DNA of 64,000 bases from Candidatus Micrarchaeia archaeon (GTDB lineage: Archaea; Micrarchaeota; Micrarchaeia; Burarchaeales; JAVZCV01). The stretch covers positions 53,624 through 117,623 of the forward strand of contig JAVZCV010000002.1 of the NCBI GenBank assembly GCA_038874215.1, given 5' to 3'. The position numbers and the translations under genes are program-made. The notes beneath the pieces are model-generated. The model was given only the letters and a program-made list of their open reading frames with translations. It was not told the DNA's origin and made no database searches. Positions within the stretch are counted from its first letter, which is position 1. Every line of letters begins with the position of its first letter. Positions 9,798 to 19,872 of the stretch are shown here, one piece after another.

Positions 9798-10658
9798 ATG
9801 GAACATGAGTTAATAAGGATTTCACTTGCTGTGGCGGCGTGTGCGCTCGGGGCATACTACGATATTAAAAACAACAGGAATGTCCCAAACTGGGTTACAT
9901 ACTCCTTCGTTGCTATCGGCGTTTTTATAAACGCCATCCCCTTTGATCTTTCCTTTATCCTTCCTGTTTTTGCTGTTTCTGCCCTTATTTTCATTGTCGG
10001 CTATTTGTTCTACAGGCTTGGGCAGATAGGGGGAGCAGACGTTCTTTTATTTACCGGCGTGTCCCTCGCACTTCCGTATCCCCCCTCGCACCTCTCTTCT
10101 ACCCTTTTTGAATATCCCTTCATACTTCCTGTCTTCGTTGTTTCTGGTGTTCTGTTCAGCATTGCAATGCTCATAGCATACGTGCCGCGTATTTTTGCAG
10201 ATGTGCGTGCGCGAAAAGTAAAAACCAGCCCTTATGGCGTCTTACTCTCGCTCATCATGCTCCTTGCATACACCGCAGTCATCTATATGCTGGCCCAGAT
10301 ACTGCCATTGCGACCCCTCCAAATTCTCATTTTGGTTATCGTGGTGTTTTCTGCGGTTTTCTTCATGCTTTTCAGGGAGCACATAACCGAAAATTATGTA
10401 ATAGAGTACGTCTCCCTTGAAGAAGTTGATGAGGAGGATGTGCTTGCGCTTGAAAAAATTGACAGCAAAACAATATCCCAATACAGCCTTAAAAGACTTT
10501 TGACTGCTTCTGAAATAGAGAGGCTCAAAAGAACCCCAGTCGCAAAGATGAGACTTCCCGTGTGTAAAAACATGCCCATGTTTGCCCCATACCTACTTCT
10601 ATCCCTCTTAATAAACCTGGTTATTGACCCATCCCTTCTGTTCGCCCCTGCATTTTAA
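9798..10658 (+). CDS. Prepilin/prearchaellin peptidase (A24, PibD/FlaK-like)
   Basis: YYDIKNNRNVPN (first Asp), QIGGADV (GxGD-type), C-terminal MPMFAPYL, multiple TM helices. Confidence 0.85.
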   Translation: MEHELIRISLAVAACALGAYYDIKNNRNVPNWVTYSFVAIGVFINAIPFDLSFILPVFAVSALIFIVGYLFYRLGQIGGADVLLFTGVSLALPYPPSHLSSTLFEYPFILPVFVVSGVLFSIAMLIAYVPRIFADVRARKVKTSPYGVLLSLIMLLAYTAVIYMLAQILPLRPLQILILVIVVFSAVFFMLFREHITENYVIEYVSLEEVDEEDVLALEKIDSKTISQYSLKRLLTASEIERLKRTPVAKMRLPVCKNMPMFAPYLLLSLLINLVIDPSLLFAPAF

Positions 10659-10678
10659 AAAGAAATCGTTATAATTAT

Positions 10679-11770
10679 GTGTGGTATTCTATCGGTATGG
10701 CTGTTGATATAATAACCCACTCAATTGCGCAGATTGATGTACCACTGCTCACTACCATATCGTTTTTGATAAACCACAAAATTTACGGCAATGTTTTCCT
10801 CTCATTTTTATTTTTATTTGCACTCATATCCTCAAAGAAGAAGGCATCAACCTTAATTTCAGTTTTTCTGACGGTTGTGCTTTTCATACTGCTAAAAGAT
10901 TTCTATGGCATAGGAAGGCCGTGCTTTGCGATTCCATCAAAAGTCGCCTGTCCCACTGATTATTCATTTCCAAGCGGCCACGTCTCAATAGGCGCATGTT
11001 TAACCGCATCTGTGGTAGGAACTGTCCTGTTCATTCCATATCTCTTAATGCTGGTCCTCATTTCATTCAGCAGGATGTACCTGGGCGTTCACATGCTTAA
11101 CGACATCGTTGGGGGCATAGTTCTTGGCGTATCCGTCTTTTTTGTAGTGGATAAGCTATTCACAAGGCTCATCAAAAAAGAGCAGAATATTGCATACGAG
11201 AAAGACGTGCTCGGAAGACGGCTCCTCCATATAGGATTCGGCACGATAGTTATCCTATTCATAATGCTCAGCAGCTATCTGCCTTACGGGTTCTACATGC
11301 TTGAATTCATGCTCGCAATGTTTTTTTTGATTGGCTTTATCATTCTTGATGCAAAGCTGAAAGGAATTCAGCTACCGATTATTGACTACCTTATAGACAA
11401 GCTTGAACGGCCGCATGCCTTACCCGCGGAGGGGGCATTCTGGTACGGTCTGGGCGTGTTGCTTGCATTCTCATATGTTGGCGAGCCAATTAAAACAGCA
11501 GCCGTTATATCATTACTCGCTTTTGGGGATGGGCTATCCACACTCATAGGCAGGAAAGGAAGAATACCACTACCATACAACAAGAGAAAAACTCTTGAAG
11601 GCACGGCTGCCTTTCTAATAGGTGGTTCCTTATCATATTTTTTCGTAGGCCCTGCAGGTATTCTCCTCTCATTGCTATGCGCGATTGTGGAGACTTTTTA
11701 CTTTGGCATTGACGATAACTTCCTTGTGCCTCTTACTTGTGTCATCGTGCTGCGATTGGGGATCATTTAA
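10679..11770 (+). CDS. Fusion of PAP2 lipid phosphatase and CTP-dependent dolichol/phytol kinase family domain
   Basis: N-terminal KxxxxxxRP, SFPSGH, SRMYLGVH. C-terminal RRLLH, GDGLSTLIG, KTLEG, DDNFLVP. Confidence 0.85.
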   Translation: MWYSIGMAVDIITHSIAQIDVPLLTTISFLINHKIYGNVFLSFLFLFALISSKKKASTLISVFLTVVLFILLKDFYGIGRPCFAIPSKVACPTDYSFPSGHVSIGACLTASVVGTVLFIPYLLMLVLISFSRMYLGVHMLNDIVGGIVLGVSVFFVVDKLFTRLIKKEQNIAYEKDVLGRRLLHIGFGTIVILFIMLSSYLPYGFYMLEFMLAMFFLIGFIILDAKLKGIQLPIIDYLIDKLERPHALPAEGAFWYGLGVLLAFSYVGEPIKTAAVISLLAFGDGLSTLIGRKGRIPLPYNKRKTLEGTAAFLIGGSLSYFFVGPAGILLSLLCAIVETFYFGIDDNFLVPLTCVIVLRLGII

Positions 11771-11794
11771 AATATTTGGATAAATACTCATTTT

Positions 11795-12460
11795 ATGGAA
11801 TCCATAGCAGAAATTGAGAAAGAAGATGCTGCAAGGCGAGCACTCCAACTTGTTAAAAGCGGGATGACTATCGGTCTGGGCAGTGGCACAACATCAGAGA
11901 TTTTCATAAAAATGCTCGGGCAACGCGCGCATGAAGAAAGGTTGAAAGTTAGGTGTATTGCAACATCCGTGCGCTCCGAGAAGGTCGCCAAAAGTGTTGG
12001 ACTAAATGTTGTTGAGCCAAGAGAAATAGGGGCAATTGACATTGCTTTTGACGGTGCAGACTACGTGGGAAATGGTTTCTTGATAAAAGGCCTTGGCGGC
12101 GCTCTCACAAGGGAAAAAATCATCGCATACTGGGCGAGAAAATTCGTGGTTATGGTTGATAGCTCAAAACTGAAATACCGAAACATTCTGCCTGTTGAGG
12201 TTTTGCCTTTTGCAGCATCTTTCCTCTTGAGAAGGCTTGGGGAATACGGGGAACCACATGTAAGAACCTATAAAAACAAGGCAGCGCTGACAGATAACAA
12301 AAACATAATAGTGGATGTATGTCTCCGTAGAAAACCAACATCCTCATCAGCAAAAATACTTGAGAAGGAGCTCAATTCCATCCCTGGCGTTGTTGAAAAC
12401 GGGATTTTCACAAGAAAAGCGCAAATCATAGTAGGAAGCGCAAAGCCCAAACATATTTAG
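11795..12460 (+). CDS. rpiA: Ribose-5-phosphate isomerase A
   Basis: GLGSGTT, DGAD, IKGLGGALTREK, LPVEV, GVVENGIF. Confidence 0.96.
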   Translation: MESIAEIEKEDAARRALQLVKSGMTIGLGSGTTSEIFIKMLGQRAHEERLKVRCIATSVRSEKVAKSVGLNVVEPREIGAIDIAFDGADYVGNGFLIKGLGGALTREKIIAYWARKFVVMVDSSKLKYRNILPVEVLPFAASFLLRRLGEYGEPHVRTYKNKAALTDNKNIIVDVCLRRKPTSSSAKILEKELNSIPGVVENGIFTRKAQIIVGSAKPKHI

Positions 12461-12498
12461 AAAAATCTAAAACAGTCGCCAACATCGGTAAGAAGCGT

Positions 12499-13509
12499 CT
12501 ATCTCACCTCAACAGTCCTATAGACATCCATTTTTAACTCAAGCTCAACCTCTCCATGCCTTTTTAGGTTTGTTTCAAGAGCCCTTTTTATTTCAGAAAC
12601 GCGTTCAAAAGAAAGCTCGTGAGGAACTTCAACGGTTGCCCTAACCACCATCTTTCCCCCTCTTTCCTCAATGCTCAACTCCCTCAGTTCCGCTCCCTCA
12701 ACTCCAAGAAGGTTATTCTTTATCGTGTTCCCCACCAACTCCCTTGTTTTGGCCGTCTGTATGCTCGTCACCATTATGTATGCAAGCGGGATTGAAACAA
12801 GCCCCAATAAAACGAGAGATGTACGTATGGCCTTTATCGTTCCTTCCTCCTGCACTTTTGACCACTTCGGCCCGAAACCCAATACCCAGAAAACAAAGGA
12901 ACTCGCAACGTTTATCGCAATGAGGTTTGCAAAGAAAAGAAGAAATGCACCGATGCTTATCTCAAGGCTATAAAGCGCCAGCCCTATACCAACAACACAA
13001 AGCGGAGGCAGAAGCGCAGTTGATATCGCCACGCCTATGAGGCTGGCATTCATTCTCCGTGCTATTGCATATGCACCCGCTCCGCCAGCTGCGAGCGCAA
13101 TCCCTAAATCAAGCAGCGTTGGCTTCGTCCTATTCATTATCTCTGCATGCGGTGCTGTTATCTGCCCGAAAAACATTGAATAGACTATTGTAAGCATAAG
13201 GGCTATCCCGACTGCAAGCAAAATGCCTTTCAGCTCTGCCTCCACAGACCTGTAAAACAGGGGCAAATCACCATGGACCATCGCAAGAGAAATCGCTATC
13301 ACGGGCGACATGAGAGGGGCAACAAGCATGGCTCCTATTATAACAGCCGTTTGCCCGCCTATCAACCCAAAACTCGCTATTATAGTTGATAAAACAACCA
13401 TCGTGTAATAATCGGGGCATGGCTTCGCATCCTTCTCAAGCATGGCATAAACTTTAACTTTCTCCTCGGGATCAACCTGCTCTATCGGAAGAGGTATCCT
13501 GTCAAGCAT
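12499..13509 (-). CDS. DUF389/TIGR00341-type membrane protein
   Basis: AVIIGAMLVAPLMSP, GVAISTALLPPL, multiple TM helices. Confidence 0.85.
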   Translation of the reverse strand: MLDRIPLPIEQVDPEEKVKVYAMLEKDAKPCPDYYTMVVLSTIIASFGLIGGQTAVIIGAMLVAPLMSPVIAISLAMVHGDLPLFYRSVEAELKGILLAVGIALMLTIVYSMFFGQITAPHAEIMNRTKPTLLDLGIALAAGGAGAYAIARRMNASLIGVAISTALLPPLCVVGIGLALYSLEISIGAFLLFFANLIAINVASSFVFWVLGFGPKWSKVQEEGTIKAIRTSLVLLGLVSIPLAYIMVTSIQTAKTRELVGNTIKNNLLGVEGAELRELSIEERGGKMVVRATVEVPHELSFERVSEIKRALETNLKRHGEVELELKMDVYRTVEVR

Positions 13510-13540
13510 ACTGAAATCTACCCGATGCAGAATAAAAGCT

Positions 13541-15163
13541 TTATCTATACTTCAATGTCGCTTTGAGAAAAGCGAGAAAGAGTGGTGCGGGCCTCTCAAG
13601 CCTACTTTTAAATTCGGGATGTGCCTGTGTTGCAACACCCCAGCCAGTAGGCCATTCTATAACCTCAACTATCTTTCCATCAGGCGATACGCCTGAAATT
13701 ATCAGCCCAGACTTCTCAAGCATGCTTACATAATCGGGGTTAACCTCATAGCGATGCCTGTGGCGCTCGCTTATCATCTCGGCGCCGTTATAAGCGAGAT
13801 GTGCCTTAGTACCGCCAATCAGCCTACACGGATACGCCCCCAGCCTCATTGTGGCACCTTTATCAATAATCGCCCTTTGTTCTGGCAGATAATCTATCAC
13901 GGGATATGGCGTTTTCGGGTCTATTTCTGTTGAGTTGGCTTCTTTTAAGCCCGCAACGTTCCGTGCCCACTCAACAACAGCAAGCTGAAAACCAAAGCAA
14001 AGGCCAAGGAATGGAAGTCCATTTTTGCGGGCATACTCAATGCAGCATATCTTTCCCTCCGCTCCCCTAACCCCAAATCCGCCAGGTACAATTATCCCGT
14101 AGCAGTTTTTTAGTGCTTTTTCCGCATCTTTTATATCCTCGATCTCCGTGGTTTCTATCCATTCTATCTCCGCCCTGCATCCGAGCCGTGCTCCCGCATG
14201 GGCGAGTGCCTCCTTTATGCTCACATAAGCGTCTCTTAGCGTTGTGTATTTACCAGTTATGCCAACCCTCACTTTCTTTTTTGAGCCCTTTATTCTCAAA
14301 ACGAGTCCCTTCCACTTTTGCATGTCCCCTCTCTTAGGTTTAATTCCTAGATTGTTCATTATCCTTCTTCCAACCCCCTGCTTCTCAAAAAGCAAAGGCA
14401 CTTCATATATCGTATCAACATCGGGGTCGTCTATTATCGCGTTTTCAGGAACATTGCAGTAGATTGCTATCTTCTTCTTTACTTCTGGCTTCAGTTTTTC
14501 CTCCTCCCTGCATATTATCATTGACGGTTGTATGCCCATGCCCAGAAGAAGTTTTGTCGCATGCTGCGTTGGTTTCGTTTTCTGTTCCCCCGCTGCCTTA
14601 AGCATAGGCACATATGTTACTTGCACGAACATAACGTGCTTTTCCTCAAAAGCAAGCTGCCTCATCGCCTCTATGAAATAAGAATTTTCAAGGTCGCCAA
14701 CGGTTCCGCCAACCTCCACAAGCACAATGTCTGCATCAAAGTTATCCCCCACAGACCGAACCATGTCCTTTATCTCGTTTGTGAGATGTGGCACTATCTG
14801 GACATCGTACCCGAGATAACCACCTCTTCTTTCTTTCTCTATAACATATCTGAATATTTTACCCCCTGTCAGGCTGTTCGTTTTGTTCAGGTCTATGTTT
14901 AGAAACCTCTCGTATGTCCCAAAGTCCATATCGCATTCAGTCCCATCTTCAAGAACAAAAACCTCCCCATGCCTATACGGGTTCATAGTACCGCAGTCAA
15001 CGTTAAGATACCCATCAAACTTTATCGGCACGACACGGAACCCGTAGCACTGCAATATCTTGCCTATAGAAGCAGAGACTATGCCCTTGCCAAGACCAGA
15101 CATGAGAGAACCGACTACAACGATATAACGCCTTTCCTTCCTTCCTGCACCCTCACGTTGCAT
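13541..15163 (-). CDS. pyrG: CTP synthase
   Basis: SGLGKG, GTMNPYRHGEVFV, KTKPTQH, GLCFG, RHRHRYE, QAHPEF. Confidence 0.98.
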   Translation of the reverse strand: MQREGAGRKERRYIVVVGSLMSGLGKGIVSASIGKILQCYGFRVVPIKFDGYLNVDCGTMNPYRHGEVFVLEDGTECDMDFGTYERFLNIDLNKTNSLTGGKIFRYVIEKERRGGYLGYDVQIVPHLTNEIKDMVRSVGDNFDADIVLVEVGGTVGDLENSYFIEAMRQLAFEEKHVMFVQVTYVPMLKAAGEQKTKPTQHATKLLLGMGIQPSMIICREEEKLKPEVKKKIAIYCNVPENAIIDDPDVDTIYEVPLLFEKQGVGRRIMNNLGIKPKRGDMQKWKGLVLRIKGSKKKVRVGITGKYTTLRDAYVSIKEALAHAGARLGCRAEIEWIETTEIEDIKDAEKALKNCYGIIVPGGFGVRGAEGKICCIEYARKNGLPFLGLCFGFQLAVVEWARNVAGLKEANSTEIDPKTPYPVIDYLPEQRAIIDKGATMRLGAYPCRLIGGTKAHLAYNGAEMISERHRHRYEVNPDYVSMLEKSGLIISGVSPDGKIVEVIEWPTGWGVATQAHPEFKSRLERPAPLFLAFLKATLKYR

Positions 15164-15212
15164 ACTTCATTTAATGAATAAAATTATTTAAACACACCTC
15201 ATTCTCTAAATT

Positions 15213-15725
15213 ATGAATGAAAAAACCCGCAACATCCTCACAGTCATCGTCGGTATTATCCTTGGTACAGTCTGCGGCTACCTATTCTACTCAACATACA
15301 GGATAGACCTTCCCCTCTCAGTTTTCATTGGCCTCTCCGTTGCAACAGTCTTCTCGCTCACCCTATACTACATCTCCAAGGGATTTGATGAAAAAACCCG
15401 CAACATCCTCACAGTAATCATTGGCATTATCCTAGGAACGATATGCGGCTACCTATTCTACTCAACATACAGGATAGACCTTCCCCTCTCAGTTTTCATT
15501 GGCCTCTCCGTTGCAACAGTCTTCTCGCTCACCCTATACTTTGTCTGGAAAGGCACCGAGGATAGCTCAAGGAACATACTAATAATCCTTGCGGGCGTCA
15601 TCATCGGCGCAATATGCGGCTACATCGCAAATACTACATACGGCCTCGGTATTCTCCCATCATTAGTTCTTGCCGGAGTCATCGCGATATTTGCCCCAAT
15701 CATCATATACTACGTATCCAAGGGC
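15213..15725 (+). repeat. 171-bp tandem repeat x3 (coding)
   Basis: 15273-15369 is identical to 15444-15540 (97 nt); the third copy is diverged. Confidence 0.95.
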
Positions 15726-15728
15726 TAG
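15213..15728 (+). CDS. Hypothetical membrane protein made of three 57-aa two-helix repeats
   Basis: 171 aa = 3 x 57; each unit is hydrophobic and ends in KG. Confidence 0.8.
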   Translation: MNEKTRNILTVIVGIILGTVCGYLFYSTYRIDLPLSVFIGLSVATVFSLTLYYISKGFDEKTRNILTVIIGIILGTICGYLFYSTYRIDLPLSVFIGLSVATVFSLTLYFVWKGTEDSSRNILIILAGVIIGAICGYIANTTYGLGILPSLVLAGVIAIFAPIIIYYVSKG

Positions 15729-16219
15729 ATGTCCTCAAAAATCTCCCATGCTTTCTTCCTCATCGTATCATCAACCCTTACAATCACGACCCCCTCATTC
15801 GGTTGCCCATAGACTATAAGCGTTCCGTCAGGTGCAAACATCATGGCAACGAGAGCAGCGAGGTCCTCCTCCCCCTCAACATAAACCTTTGAGTTCTCCC
15901 TGCTGTTTAAGACGGTGCGCATCACTTCAATGAGTTCATCGTTTATGGTGCCTGGTTCATTGACAACCCGGTATTCACGGGCGCTGAACGCATCTATCGC
16001 CTTGCGGACTCTCTCATCAACAGGCATTCTCTTTATCTTTCTGTCATAAACAACAACGTGCGGCTTTATCCCACTCAAAATAACCTCATAACTGCTTTCA
16101 TCCCCTATGCAGACAATGCTCTCGCCGCTTCCGATTTTTTTAGCAAGCGCTTTTGCGTCCATGAGTTCCCCAAAAGGTTTCCTCAACCGCTGCCGCATCT
16201 CCTCGCTGATTTTTTTCAT
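15725..16219 (-). CDS. GTP-dependent dephospho-CoA kinase (DUF359)
   Basis: LRKPFG, IGD, YDRKIKR, NEPGTI, VEGEEDLAAL, YGQPNEG; start set at MKKISEE. Confidence 0.9.
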   Translation of the reverse strand: MKKISEEMRQRLRKPFGELMDAKALAKKIGSGESIVCIGDESSYEVILSGIKPHVVVYDRKIKRMPVDERVRKAIDAFSAREYRVVNEPGTINDELIEVMRTVLNSRENSKVYVEGEEDLAALVAMMFAPDGTLIVYGQPNEGVVIVRVDDTMRKKAWEIFEDI

Positions 16220-16265
16220 ACACATATATGGAAGCAATATAAATAATAAGAATGTACTCTGTTTG

Positions 16266-17303
16266 ATGAAGCTATCCCATACTATGCCAATTCTACTGCT
16301 GGCAACCTTCATCTGCACAGCCATAAGCATAAATACAGACAAGACGGTGTACACTAAGGGAGAAACGATAATGATTAAGACAGATGAGATCCCACCGACA
16401 CCGCTCATAATAAGGGTGGGCGATTACATTCTCTTTAACGAGACACTCTACTCCAATGAATTAAACTACACAGCCTCAATGTTAAACCCAACGGGGGTTT
16501 GGCGCATATACTTTGATGGCATAAACGAAACGAAGAGTGTTTCTGTCATTAACAGCATAAACAGCTCCTCTCTTCTCATCCGCATTCTCAACATGCCAAC
16601 GCAGAAATACCCGCGAACGTCGCGCGTGTTCTTCATGGCAAGCGTCAGCATGAACGGCATTCCTATTGAAGATGCTAATGTCTATCTCCTCTCACCCACT
16701 GGCCTTTTACCTATGACGGGTTCTGGCGGGCTTTACTCCACAGATTACATAATCCCGCCCGATTCTCCTATAAAGCAGCAGGCATTCTACATTCTTGCAA
16801 TAAAAAATTCATCAGATACTCTTTTAGGAGGCGAATGCTCAGTGGAAATCAGCGTAGTGCCTGCCCGCATGCATATCGGATTCAGTGAATTGCGTAGTGC
16901 CGTGTCTGCTGGATCAAAGATAAGGGTTTTGCCAAACATATCCTACGAGACAGGATTAAAGCCAAAAGAACCCACGTGCGTCATACGCATAAACGGGGTT
17001 AAAGTAGCAGAAAATTGTATGGCAGAATTCACGCCACCAGAGGAGGGTGCATACCTTATATCTGTGAGTGCATGGGATGGATGGGGAAACAGCGGTTCAG
17101 GCTCTATAGACCTTCTTGTGTACGAACCGTTGCCATCCATGTTTATTGGATGGCTAACCCGCCTACTTCCTTCAATCATCCTCCTAATTCTATTTATATT
17201 TGTTCTAAAAAGCAAACACGTTAAAAAATTTATGGAAGAATACGGCGTGTTTCAGGAAATCAAAGAATTTTTCGGTAGTGGTAAGGAGGGGAAGAATTCA
17301 TAG
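16266..17303 (+). CDS. Secreted, C-terminally membrane-anchored beta-rich (Ig-like) protein
   Basis: Signal peptide, TDKTVYTKGE, PTGVWRI, AWDGWGNSG, C-terminal TM; resembles 26741-27892. Confidence 0.7.
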   Translation: MKLSHTMPILLLATFICTAISINTDKTVYTKGETIMIKTDEIPPTPLIIRVGDYILFNETLYSNELNYTASMLNPTGVWRIYFDGINETKSVSVINSINSSSLLIRILNMPTQKYPRTSRVFFMASVSMNGIPIEDANVYLLSPTGLLPMTGSGGLYSTDYIIPPDSPIKQQAFYILAIKNSSDTLLGGECSVEISVVPARMHIGFSELRSAVSAGSKIRVLPNISYETGLKPKEPTCVIRINGVKVAENCMAEFTPPEEGAYLISVSAWDGWGNSGSGSIDLLVYEPLPSMFIGWLTRLLPSIILLILFIFVLKSKHVKKFMEEYGVFQEIKEFFGSGKEGKNS

Positions 17304-18383
17304 ATCCGAAACCGTGAACTCGGAAAGCCTCCTTATCGCATCCAGCTTCTCCCTTCTTCCAATCTCTGCGCTTTCAACCGCATCCCTCAACATCTTTATC
17401 GTATTCGCATACGTCTCCCTATCAACGGGATACGGAATACCGTCTTTCCCCCCATGCGCAAAACTGTACTTTGCAGGGTCTCTCCAAGAAATCTCCTCGC
17501 CAAAAACCAATTCCGATACGAGTGCGAGCGCACGAAGGCACTTCCCACCAATACCGCGCAGGGAGACGAGTTCATCGTAATCCTCTGGCTGAATCTCGTA
17601 TGCCATTTGAAGACTTCTCCAACCTCTTTCGCTTATGTCAATCCTCCTTATTTCATGCCTATTCGGCATTCTCTCAAAAGGCTCGCAAAAAAGCGTTTGC
17701 TGTCCATCTAAAAGCCCTCTAATCCTCATGGGATTTTCACGTACCATGTCAAGGCTTGCCTTCCTTATTCCTTCATTTTCCCTTGATGTTAAATCAAGCG
17801 TCTCCCCCGTAAAATCGCAACATATCCCTACGTGAGGTTCTTCTGTGTACCTCCTGAATTTCCCAGAAAGCCAGTGGTACCTTCTTGCATATTCACCATT
17901 CATGCCCTGCTGAACGACCGCCCATGCCCCTTTCTCAGAAATGAAAATTGAATGGTGGTAAAGCGAGAACGAGTCCTGAACACATGCACTATCAACCTTC
18001 GCAACCATCCTGCTTGCACGGGAGATGCTTTGCGAATCTATGCCAAAAAATGCGCATATTCCCTCTATTTCAGAAGGCGCTTTTTTTGAAGTCTTTCCTT
18101 TACCGCCAGCAACCCCAACGCCATGCAACTCTGGTTTCAGCGCAAGTTTCAGCGCACCGCACGCAGTCGTGGTTGTCCCAGAGCTGTGCCAATCAAAACC
18201 GATCGTGCAGGCGAAAGCTTGGAACCAGTAGGGGTGGGCAAGCCTCCTTATAAGCTCCTCAGGTCCGAACTCCTCCACAATAACATCTGCTATCGCGCCA
18301 GAGAGCGCAACCATCCTCCTGAAAAGCCACCGAGGCGCCTTGCCGTCGTGAAGAGGCAGCTCAAAGCCCCCCATTCTCTGCAT
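17298..18383 (-). CDS. DUF763 family protein
   Basis: LPLHDGKAPRWLF, DWHSSGTTT, YSFAHGGKDGIPYPVD. Confidence 0.9.
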   Translation of the reverse strand: MQRMGGFELPLHDGKAPRWLFRRMVALSGAIADVIVEEFGPEELIRRLAHPYWFQAFACTIGFDWHSSGTTTTACGALKLALKPELHGVGVAGGKGKTSKKAPSEIEGICAFFGIDSQSISRASRMVAKVDSACVQDSFSLYHHSIFISEKGAWAVVQQGMNGEYARRYHWLSGKFRRYTEEPHVGICCDFTGETLDLTSRENEGIRKASLDMVRENPMRIRGLLDGQQTLFCEPFERMPNRHEIRRIDISERGWRSLQMAYEIQPEDYDELVSLRGIGGKCLRALALVSELVFGEEISWRDPAKYSFAHGGKDGIPYPVDRETYANTIKMLRDAVESAEIGRREKLDAIRRLSEFTVSDL

Positions 18384-18434
18384 GCATAAATGAAAAACAA
18401 AAGCAGATTTAAATCCTGAGGAGGGAATTTTCCA

Positions 18435-19019
18435 CTATTCCAAATTCGTGTGGAATAACTTCATATGCTCCTCGCTCTTGTTCTTTCTTCTCATTATCTC
18501 CTCTATAACGGTGTCCAGAAAAACCATCGCTGTTAGCTCAAACAGCGTTCCAAGCGGAGTTATCGGCTCGTGTTCGCCCGTAACCTGCCTAACCTCATAA
18601 TCCCTCTTTTCATCAAACAATTTTCTTCCCTTTATCTGTACTATGCAGTCTGAAATTGAGCCAAGTTCAGATTCTGGAAAAGATGTTATCGCTGCGATCT
18701 TTGCACCCTTCGCCTTTGCTATCTTTGCAACACCAACTATTGAGCTGGTCCTACCCGAGCCAGAGAGCGTTATGAGCAAATCCTTATGCGTTATCGCAGG
18801 CGTTATTGTCTCACCAACAACATAAACGATGAACCCGAGATGCATGAGCCTCATTGCGAACGCTTTCGCAACAAGACCACTTCTTCCAGCACCATTAACG
18901 AATATCCTCTCCGCGCTTATTATGGCGTTTATAAAATCCTCTATGCTTTTTCTGTCTATCTGCCTGCATTCTTCTGCGATTCTCTGCGTTAGTTTTTCCA
19001 TCCTTATATAGATGCTCAT
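18435..19019 (-). CDS. hxlB: 6-phospho-3-hexuloisomerase (SIS domain)
   Basis: GAGRSG, FAMRLMHLG, VGETITP, PLGTLFE, C-terminal HTNLE. Confidence 0.93.
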   Translation of the reverse strand: MSIYIRMEKLTQRIAEECRQIDRKSIEDFINAIISAERIFVNGAGRSGLVAKAFAMRLMHLGFIVYVVGETITPAITHKDLLITLSGSGRTSSIVGVAKIAKAKGAKIAAITSFPESELGSISDCIVQIKGRKLFDEKRDYEVRQVTGEHEPITPLGTLFELTAMVFLDTVIEEIMRRKNKSEEHMKLFHTNLE

Positions 19020-19864
19020 CTGATAACACCTTTTTCTCTAAGCGCGGGGATTATGCCGACACGTGCAACCGGGTTCCTTATCGTATCGCTTGTTATTATT
19101 CTTAAAGCGCCAGATTTTTTAAGCTCTTCCAAAGATTTGCCAAGAAACAACCCGTGCGTTGCACAGCACGAAACACTCTTCGCACCCTTCTTTTTAAGAA
19201 TCTTCACTGCTTTTACCATCGTGCTTCCTGTTGATATCATATCGTCTATAACCACTACTCTCTTCCCGGCAACATCAAAATTCGCTACAAGCTCCTCAAC
19301 CTTCCTATACGCTTTCCTGCCTTTTCCATAACTCCCCCTTCTCTTTTCCATCGTCTCCCCATTTTTTCCAACGAGATATGCTGCCCCCATGTCTGGCGAT
19401 ACTACCATATCATAGCTATCAAAATGCCTCAGAAGTTCCTTCCCCATGCTTATGTTCCTTATCCACAAGCCCGCATAATCAAAAACCCCCTCCTTTTTCA
19501 GAAAATGGCAATCAAAAGTTATCAGTTCATCACAACCAGCGCTTTTTATAAGAGAACAAATAGTTTTTGCGCTTACAGCCTCACCTTCAAGAAACCTCTT
19601 GTCCTGCCTTGCATAAGGCATGTATGGTATTATGCACGATATGTTTCTTGCGCCCATCTCCCTAGTCTGTCTCAGCATAAGGAAAAGCTCAATCAGTGCT
19701 TCGTTCGCATTCGGATAACAACGGTGAAGAAGAACAACATTCCTTTCATTAAAAATTGGTATCCTCACATAGCGCTCCCCATCAGGGAAACTCCTTGTTT
19801 CAATCAGTTTTCCGTCTAATTCTCTTGCAAAATCCATGCAGTTCGGGCTTATGAGAATGACCAT
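19016..19864 (-). CDS. prs: Ribose-phosphate pyrophosphokinase
   Basis: FPDGE, PYARQD, SPDMGA, IDDMISTGST, CATHGLF. Confidence 0.93.
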   Translation of the reverse strand: MVILISPNCMDFARELDGKLIETRSFPDGERYVRIPIFNERNVVLLHRCYPNANEALIELFLMLRQTREMGARNISCIIPYMPYARQDKRFLEGEAVSAKTICSLIKSAGCDELITFDCHFLKKEGVFDYAGLWIRNISMGKELLRHFDSYDMVVSPDMGAAYLVGKNGETMEKRRGSYGKGRKAYRKVEELVANFDVAGKRVVVIDDMISTGSTMVKAVKILKKKGAKSVSCCATHGLFLGKSLEELKKSGALRIITSDTIRNPVARVGIIPALREKGVIR

Positions 19865-19872
19865 CTCACTCC

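Noticed and set aside
15213-15725. 171-bp repeats as a mobile element or guide array
   Set aside because: Fully coding and in frame; no terminal repeats or transposase
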